Assembly: GCA_963669175.1 (NCBI GenBank)
Contig: OY769902.1
Coordinates: forward strand, 3,520,001-3,584,000
Reading direction: 5' to 3'
Source of the DNA: a bacterium
GTDB taxonomy: Bacteria; Electryoneota; Electryoneia; Electryoneales; Electryoneaceae
DNA: 64,000 nt
The notes under the pieces were generated by a model that had not been told where the DNA came from, did not search any database, and was given only the letters and a program-made list of their open reading frames with translations. Positions 57,507 to 64,000 of this stretch are shown one piece after another. Numbering within the stretch: the first letter of the stretch is position 1; every line of letters starts with the position of its first letter. Both the position numbers and the translations under genes were made by a program.

Positions 57507-58115
57507 TTGGATGGCGCGATGCGATGGGGAGCGCATAGCAAAGTTCTGTTTTTCTGTATCCTGGTCCTGTCAGGAGTACTCTTCCTCTCTCTCTCCCATT
57601 CGCAAGCGCAACCGATTATTCAAAATATCGAGGCATACTGGACTGAAGGGCTTGCCATTGTTCACCCTGTAGTGCAGCGTCCCCTCAGTTCTGAGGGCAG
57701 GGCAACTCTGAACGCCGGTAATCCTGTCGGTATCAGGGTTCAATTGAAGATTGACGGACAGAACAAGTCCGATAAGCTGGTAATGCATTTCAGGCTTGAA
57801 TACAATGTCTGGGAGAACCGGTTCAGATTGCATACCCCACAGGGCGCTGTTGCCATGACCAATGCAGAAGCCCTGTTTCGATTCTTCAGGGATGATTTCA
57901 CCCTGTTGTTAGAACCGAAAAATTTACCGGGTGAAGGTCCATGGCGGATTACAGTTCGACTGGGGGAAGACCTGCATCCCCGTCTTGGTGAAGATGATAC
58001 CATTGAACGAGAACTGAACTGGCTGGCCGCCTGGTTGTATCGTCGCGGCAGGACAAATATCCTATACAGCGACTGGTCTGAGACAGCAACACTCCCCGGC
58101 CAGGAAAAGCCATGA
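57507..58115 (+). CDS. Exported protein, possibly DUF4390-like
   Basis: Signal peptide, LEYNVWENRF; overlaps the start of an NtrY-like kinase; start may be ATG 57519. Confidence 0.55.
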   Translation: MDGAMRWGAHSKVLFFCILVLSGVLFLSLSHSQAQPIIQNIEAYWTEGLAIVHPVVQRPLSSEGRATLNAGNPVGIRVQLKIDGQNKSDKLVMHFRLEYNVWENRFRLHTPQGAVAMTNAEALFRFFRDDFTLLLEPKNLPGEGPWRITVRLGEDLHPRLGEDDTIERELNWLAAWLYRRGRTNILYSDWSETATLPGQEKP

Positions 58116-59581
58116 AACTTCGCTGGCGTATTCTCCTGGCGCTGACTTTCGCAGCGCTCCTCCCCCTCATTCCCATGTGGCTGTCCATCTCTTCCACGTT
58201 GAAAACCGGGATTCGCGCCCTGACTCCCGAAACAACCATGGAAGCCCTGGACGGCGGTATTCGCATTGCCCGCATCCAATACCAGACGCTTGTTCAGCAA
58301 CAATTTGCCACACTCAGGCAACTGGTTCATTTTTTTGATCCGAAGCATCCCTATGAGTTCATGCCCCCGACAGTTACGCAGGACAAATCTCTGACCCTGT
58401 ACCTTTCGGACGGTAGTCGTTGGAAAGTCCTCAAGGGCGGCAGTTGGGTTGAAACACTGGGACCACCGGAAAGCGCAAGTGATTCTTTCTCCGAGCTGCC
58501 GGAAATTATCCGTGCTGAAGTCACCAAGGATTCCTGGACTCTGGTGATGGTGAAAAAGCTTGACGAACAGTTCCGAACCGATGCAGAGCAGTTACGCCAT
58601 GCCATGGCGGACTGGACACGAATCGCACCAGAACGTGAACCGCTCATCAACAGCCTGGTATATACCTTCATATTAACTTACCTGCTTTTCCTGGCACTTT
58701 CGTTTATCATCGGTTTCCTGATGTCACGGCATGCTACAAAACGAATTGAGCAACTTACCGATACTGCGGTCGAAGTCGCTGAGGGGCATGAGAATATTCG
58801 TTCCGAAGTGCATGGAACTGATGAGATTGGACAGTTGGCAGCAAGTTTCAACCAGATGCTTGATCGTCTTGACGAAAGCCGGAAGACGGCTGCTGACATG
58901 GAGAAAAAAGCAGCATGGCGCGGTCTGGCACGCATTCTGGCGCATGAAATCAAGAATCCACTTACCCCAATTCAATTATCCGTGCAGCAACTGGCAGATT
59001 CCTATCATGGTGATGATGAGCAGTATGCCAGCACATTGGCTACAACACGTGAAATCGTTGACGAAGAAGTGGAAAGCCTGCGCAAGCTGGTACGTGAATT
59101 CAGCAGCTTTGCCCGTGCACCAAAAATCGATCCGACAGAGGAAGATCCGGCTGAACTTGTTTCAGACCTGCAATCTCTTTACGGTACTGCGTTGAAAACC
59201 AGCGCAACCGTTGCAGCATCTCCCCCATGCAAGTTTGATCGAGAGAAAATCAAGCGCGCGCTGATCAACCTGATTGATAATGGAATGGCCGCAGCAGGTT
59301 CAAACCCACAACTGGAATTGCGGGTGAAGGAAGAAAGGGAATTCCTTGTTTTTGAGGTTGAGGACAATGGTCCCGGCGTTCCTGACGATAAATGCGATAA
59401 AATTTTCGAACCTGATTTCACTACAAAACGGACAGGGATGGGCATCGGACTTCCCGTGGTTCGCACTACTGCCAGTCAGCACGGGGGAACCGTGACCTGC
59501 CACAAAGGCGAAATTTTGGGTGGTGCATTATTTCGCTTGATGATCAAGCGCGTTTCCGAGATACCTGCCGACGAAGAATAA
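58112..59581 (+). CDS. Membrane sensor histidine kinase (NtrY-like, HAMP-HisKA-HATPase)
   Basis: DEIGQLAASFNQM, AHEIKNPLTPIQL, NLIDNG, DNGPG, GMGIGL. Confidence 0.92.
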   Translation: MKLRWRILLALTFAALLPLIPMWLSISSTLKTGIRALTPETTMEALDGGIRIARIQYQTLVQQQFATLRQLVHFFDPKHPYEFMPPTVTQDKSLTLYLSDGSRWKVLKGGSWVETLGPPESASDSFSELPEIIRAEVTKDSWTLVMVKKLDEQFRTDAEQLRHAMADWTRIAPEREPLINSLVYTFILTYLLFLALSFIIGFLMSRHATKRIEQLTDTAVEVAEGHENIRSEVHGTDEIGQLAASFNQMLDRLDESRKTAADMEKKAAWRGLARILAHEIKNPLTPIQLSVQQLADSYHGDDEQYASTLATTREIVDEEVESLRKLVREFSSFARAPKIDPTEEDPAELVSDLQSLYGTALKTSATVAASPPCKFDREKIKRALINLIDNGMAAAGSNPQLELRVKEEREFLVFEVEDNGPGVPDDKCDKIFEPDFTTKRTGMGIGLPVVRTTASQHGGTVTCHKGEILGGALFRLMIKRVSEIPADEE

Positions 59582-59801
59582 CTGGCGTCCAGTTTGCTTT
59601 TATGCGTGACACTACAGAAACTTTTAGCCGGAGCCGACTGGTTTTCAATTAGTTAGTACCTTTCATGTTCAAACTGGCACTGTTGCGTGTGCCATTTTGC
59701 ATTTTTTTTGTGTGTCATTTTGCTACGAATATGTCCTTCCCATATGAAAGCTGGTTGGCAACGCATACTCTTTTCAACACATACATTTTAAGGAGGCATA
59801 C

Positions 59802-62800
59802 ATGCAACGGGTGGGCCACATTCTGTTGTCAGTATTTGTATTCGCCCTGTTATCAGGAACAGGGTTCGCAAAAGGGGCGCTGGGCTATTACCAGTTCCCG
59901 GACATTCATGATGATCTGGTTGTATTTTCCGCTGAAGGCGACCTTTGGCAGAAGGATCTGACCGATGACGCCCCGGCGATTCGGCTGACACGTCATGATG
60001 GCGAAGAGAAATTCGCACGGATCAGCCCGGACGGAAACTGGATTGCCTTTACCGGCGAATATGACGGAAACCAGGACGTTTACCTGATCCCTGTTTACGG
60101 CGGCGCTCCGAAACGGCTGACCTTCCACCCCTTCGCAGATGAAGTGATCGGCTGGACCAAAGACAGCAAGCAGATCATTTTCCGTAGCGAGCGATTCCAG
60201 GCGATTGACCACATCAAGCTGTATACCGTACCGGTTGAAGGTGGCTATCCTACGGATATCGGCCTGGACAAAGCGTCACGCATCAGCTACAATCCTGCCG
60301 GCAACGATTTCGCTTATACGCGCATGATGCGCGAAGACCGTCCCAACAAGCGTTACAAGGGTGGCTGGGCGATGGATGTCTGGTATGGCGATTTGAACAC
60401 AATGCAGTTCAAGAAGCTGACTGATTTCGTCGGCACGGACAACTTCCCCATGTGGATCGGTGACCGTGTTTATTACCTGTCCGATCAAGCCGGTCGTGCC
60501 AACATCTTCAGCATGAAACCCGATGGCAGCGACCTGAAACAGCATACTTTCGAAGAGAAATGGGACATCCGTTATCCTGCAACCGACGGCAAGACCATTG
60601 TCTACCAGAAAGGCGCGGACATCTGGGCTTACGATGTTGCCGGTGGCAAGGAAAGTAAACTTAATATCGAACTTCCTTCCGACCAGTTTTTCTCACGTGA
60701 CCGTCGTATCGATGATCCGGAAGAGTATATCAGCGGCTTTAGTGTTCCTGACAATGGCAAGCGCATCTCCATCGCAGCTCGTGGTGAAGTCTTCACATTC
60801 CCGGTTGAGAAAAAGGGATACATCCGTCGCCTTACCAACAGCCCCGGTGCACGGGACAAGTACACCGCCTTCTCCCCCGATGGTAAGCAGGTTGCTATCA
60901 TGAGCGATGCTTCCGGTGAGATGGAAATCTGGCTGGTTCCTTCCGATGGAAGCGAAGCGCCGAAGCAGCTCACCAAAGGCGGCGACATGTGGCGCGCTTA
61001 TATGACCTGGTCGCCTGATGGAAAATGGCTCATGTTCACGGATAAAGCTTATGGCTTCTGGATTGCCAACGCCGAATCCGGAAAACTGACCCGCATCAAT
61101 GAAAAGACTGCGTGGGATGCCTACGGGGGCTGCTGGTCTCCTGATAGCAAATGGGTAGCCTGGATCGGTCAGGAAGAGAATGAACAGGATACGGATGTTT
61201 TCCTTTATAACATTGACACAAAGGAACGCTTTGAGTTCGACCGTCCCATGACATTGGAAACCGACGTGGACTGGGATCCGGATGGCAAGTATCTCTATTT
61301 CGTATCCGAGAACTACTACAATCCTTATCTCAGCGCACTCAACGAAACCTTTATCTACGACAAAACCTCCAAAGTTTATATCGCCCTGTTGAACAACGAG
61401 GTCGAGAATCCATTTGATCCTGTCCTGATCGAAGCTTATGAGGCAGAAGAAGAAAAGGACGAGGAGGCAGAGGAAGAAAAGGATGATGATGATGATGAAG
61501 AGGAAGATGAGTCCATCACAGTTGATCTGGATGGTTTGAGTAACCGCATCTATCCTGTTCCAATCGACGCGGCAAACATTGGTAGCTTGCTGGCGGTATC
61601 CGGCAAGCTCTATTACTCCACCCATGTTTCGGATGGCATGATGCCGGAAAGTTGGGATGGCAAGCATGCACTGCATGTGTTTGATGTTGAAGACCAGGAA
61701 TCCAAGGAAGTAACCTCAGATTATTATGGGGTAACCTTCAGCCCGGGTAAAGAAAAACTCCTGTTCCGGACCGGTGGCAGTAATTTCGTTGTTACCGATG
61801 CCGGCGTAGACAAGATACCCGACGAAGATGGTCATGTCAGCCTGGGTGGTTGGTCCTTTGAGATCGATCCACGCGATGAATGGCGTCAGATCCTGCGTGA
61901 AATCTGGCGCTGGCAGCGCGATTTCTTCTACGATCCAAACATGCACGGTGTTGACTGGGATGCTGTCTGGAAACTTTACAGTCCACTGATTGACCGCATG
62001 TCCAGCCGTGATGAACTGAACGATGTTATCAGCGAATTGATCGGCGAACTGGCAACCGGCCACGCTTATGTTTACGGTGGTGACCGTTTGCGGAGTAAAC
62101 ATTACAGCGTCGGCCAATTCGGCGCCGATATGGAAGCTACCGGCAAAGGCCCGATGCAAATCACGCATATCCTCTACGGGGATGGCTGGGGCGATGAGCC
62201 GGATTCACCCCTGAAAGGCAAAGTCAAAGAAGGTGAATATATCGTTGCGGTCGATGGAACAGCCCTCACCCCTGCGACCAACATCTTCGAACTCTTGCAG
62301 GACAAGGCAGGTAAAGAGGTTCTGCTTACTGTAAACGATAAACCTTCCGACAAAGACGCTCGCGAGGTTCTGGTCAAAACACTTGGCAGCGAGCACCGGC
62401 TGCGTTACCTGGATTGGGTACGTGTGCGTCGTGAATATGTCGACAAGAAATCCGGCGGTAAAATCGGTTACGTCCACATGCCGGACATGGGCAGCATGGG
62501 CTTGTCCATGTGGGGCCGCATGTACTATCCCCAGATTGAGAAGAAAGCGCTGTTGATTGATGTTCGCTACAACCACGGCGGTTTTATTGCGACTATGGCC
62601 CTGAACCAGCTTCAGCATAAGGTCTGGGCGGTTGGTAAGGGACGCGATGGTGAAATCGGACGTACTCCTGGCGATGCTTTTTATGGCCCCAAAGCGGCGC
62701 TTTGCTGCCATGAAACCTGGTCCGATGGCGAGACCTTCAGCGAAGGCTTCAAGCGATTGGGCCTGGGCAAACTCATCGGCACCCGCACCTGGGGCGGCTG

Positions 62801-63089
62801 GGTCGGCATTCGTGGCGGACGTGGCACAGTAGACCATGGTGGTAACACACAACCCGAATTCTCCGGGTGGGGCGCATTTGACGGGAAATGGCTGATTGAA
62901 GGTCCAGGTGTCTCCCCCGACCTCGAAGTCGAAGCCATGCCGGCAGATATGATCCGTGGCGAGGACAAGCAGCTTGACGCCGGGATCGACTACCTGCTGA
63001 ACGAGCTGAAAGACAAGAACAAGTGGCCGGATTTCCATCCACTTCCGAAATACCCGGTCAAGAGCTTGCAGATCAACCATTTGAAGTAA
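59802..63089 (+). CDS. Tricorn-like S41 protease (exported)
   Basis: SPDG beta-propeller repeats, HGVDW, IGYVHMPDM, DVRYNHGG, SDGE, GTRTWGG. Confidence 0.93.
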   Translation: MQRVGHILLSVFVFALLSGTGFAKGALGYYQFPDIHDDLVVFSAEGDLWQKDLTDDAPAIRLTRHDGEEKFARISPDGNWIAFTGEYDGNQDVYLIPVYGGAPKRLTFHPFADEVIGWTKDSKQIIFRSERFQAIDHIKLYTVPVEGGYPTDIGLDKASRISYNPAGNDFAYTRMMREDRPNKRYKGGWAMDVWYGDLNTMQFKKLTDFVGTDNFPMWIGDRVYYLSDQAGRANIFSMKPDGSDLKQHTFEEKWDIRYPATDGKTIVYQKGADIWAYDVAGGKESKLNIELPSDQFFSRDRRIDDPEEYISGFSVPDNGKRISIAARGEVFTFPVEKKGYIRRLTNSPGARDKYTAFSPDGKQVAIMSDASGEMEIWLVPSDGSEAPKQLTKGGDMWRAYMTWSPDGKWLMFTDKAYGFWIANAESGKLTRINEKTAWDAYGGCWSPDSKWVAWIGQEENEQDTDVFLYNIDTKERFEFDRPMTLETDVDWDPDGKYLYFVSENYYNPYLSALNETFIYDKTSKVYIALLNNEVENPFDPVLIEAYEAEEEKDEEAEEEKDDDDDEEEDESITVDLDGLSNRIYPVPIDAANIGSLLAVSGKLYYSTHVSDGMMPESWDGKHALHVFDVEDQESKEVTSDYYGVTFSPGKEKLLFRTGGSNFVVTDAGVDKIPDEDGHVSLGGWSFEIDPRDEWRQILREIWRWQRDFFYDPNMHGVDWDAVWKLYSPLIDRMSSRDELNDVISELIGELATGHAYVYGGDRLRSKHYSVGQFGADMEATGKGPMQITHILYGDGWGDEPDSPLKGKVKEGEYIVAVDGTALTPATNIFELLQDKAGKEVLLTVNDKPSDKDAREVLVKTLGSEHRLRYLDWVRVRREYVDKKSGGKIGYVHMPDMGSMGLSMWGRMYYPQIEKKALLIDVRYNHGGFIATMALNQLQHKVWAVGKGRDGEIGRTPGDAFYGPKAALCCHETWSDGETFSEGFKRLGLGKLIGTRTWGGWVGIRGGRGTVDHGGNTQPEFSGWGAFDGKWLIEGPGVSPDLEVEAMPADMIRGEDKQLDAGIDYLLNELKDKNKWPDFHPLPKYPVKSLQINHLK

Positions 63090-63266
63090 TACAGTTGCGT
63101 TGTACGATTTATTATATCCCGCTGGTGAATGTCTGTTACATTTGCCAGCGGTTTTTACTGACTGGGATGATTATTCAAATATTAGTTCAGCCATGCATTT
63201 CAAAACATTGAATCGGCCAAGTCCAGCATGTTATCTTGAATTTTCGATTACAGATCAGAGGTGCAA

Positions 63267-64000
63267 ATGCAGGAAACACAGAAACCGCCAATTCCCGAAA
63301 ATGTTGCAACAGAAGAAACTGCGGGGCAACATTCCAATGCGTTCGGCAGACGATTCCTTCTGGTGCTGGTAATCCTGCTCCTGATCAGTTTCCTGTATGT
63401 TGTCCGTGCTTTCATCATCCCGGTCTTGACGGCTGGTGTATTTGCAGGTCTGTTCTACCCGCTTTACCGATGGTTCCTGAAGCTGTTCAAGCAGAAAAAA
63501 AGCCTTGCCTCCATTATTACATGCCTGGTTTTATTACTCGGCCTGATCATCCCGCTTGTCTTTATCGGGAAGATGGTTGCAGACGAAGCCATTACCCTGT
63601 ATAACACGGCTGAAACAAAGATTGAGATGATTGTTCAGCAGGGCGAACAAGGACCATTGGGATGGGTAAAGGAACACTGGCCCAAGGACTTGATCAAGCT
63701 GGAAGATGTCGAATGGCAGCAGTATATCGGTAAAGCTGCCTCAACAGCAGGACAGGTTATTGCAACCGTATTGAACAGCACCTGGCAGAATGCGCTTGGC
63801 TTTATCATTCAACTCGCAATTATTGTGTTCACCATGTACTATTTCTTCATGGATGGCGGCACATTGTTGAAACGCCTGAAATACCTCTCTCCACTTGAAG
63901 ACCGCCAGGAAGATATGCTGTACAAGCGGTTCGCTTCAGTATCAAAAGCCACGATCAAAGGATCACTTCTGATAGGCGTTATCCAGGGGGGACTAGGCGG
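63267..64000 (+). CDS. AI-2E family transporter, 5' part (runs off window end)
   Basis: MQETQKPP...FLLVLVILLL...LFYPLYRWF...MYYFFMDG...KATIKGSLLIGVIQG; GAGGTG RBS. Confidence 0.85.
   Translation, partial: MQETQKPPIPENVATEETAGQHSNAFGRRFLLVLVILLLISFLYVVRAFIIPVLTAGVFAGLFYPLYRWFLKLFKQKKSLASIITCLVLLLGLIIPLVFIGKMVADEAITLYNTAETKIEMIVQQGEQGPLGWVKEHWPKDLIKLEDVEWQQYIGKAASTAGQVIATVLNSTWQNALGFIIQLAIIVFTMYYFFMDGGTLLKRLKYLSPLEDRQEDMLYKRFASVSKATIKGSLLIGVIQGGLG

Overview
Chromosomal region of a diderm bacterium. An FCB-group/Calditrichota-like lineage is inferred from the GWxTD protein, tricorn protease and GH2-membrane fusion. It carries housekeeping operons (guaB, hslVU, mreBCD-mrdA-rodA, purNH, rimO, ftsY, nadK, xseAB, sppA, mltD, cydAB, rpmE), two different transhydrogenases (NfnAB and three-gene PntAB) and rubrerythrin. 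The intergenic DNA is unusually rich in palindromic repeat modules, nested miniature elements and tandem arrays. The best-supported discovery is an IS110-family (IS1111-type) element at about 5644-7015. Its 3' non-coding region folds into a two-loop bridge/seek RNA whose guide segments match the element's own target flanks and, partly, its donor junction. A diverged empty copy of the target at 38550-38580 and a perfect -35/-10 promoter formed at the predicted circle junction independently fix the ends. Other highlights are a 396-bp MITE with Tn5/IS50-like ends and a 10-bp target duplication, structure-conserved A-B-C-C'-B'-A' palindrome modules, a palindromic repeat inserted in-frame in a phosphodiesterase, 238-bp and 82/83-bp tandem arrays, a catalytically degenerate GH2-membrane fusion and an elongated PntB. 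All alignments and folds were made by eye; no database searches were run.
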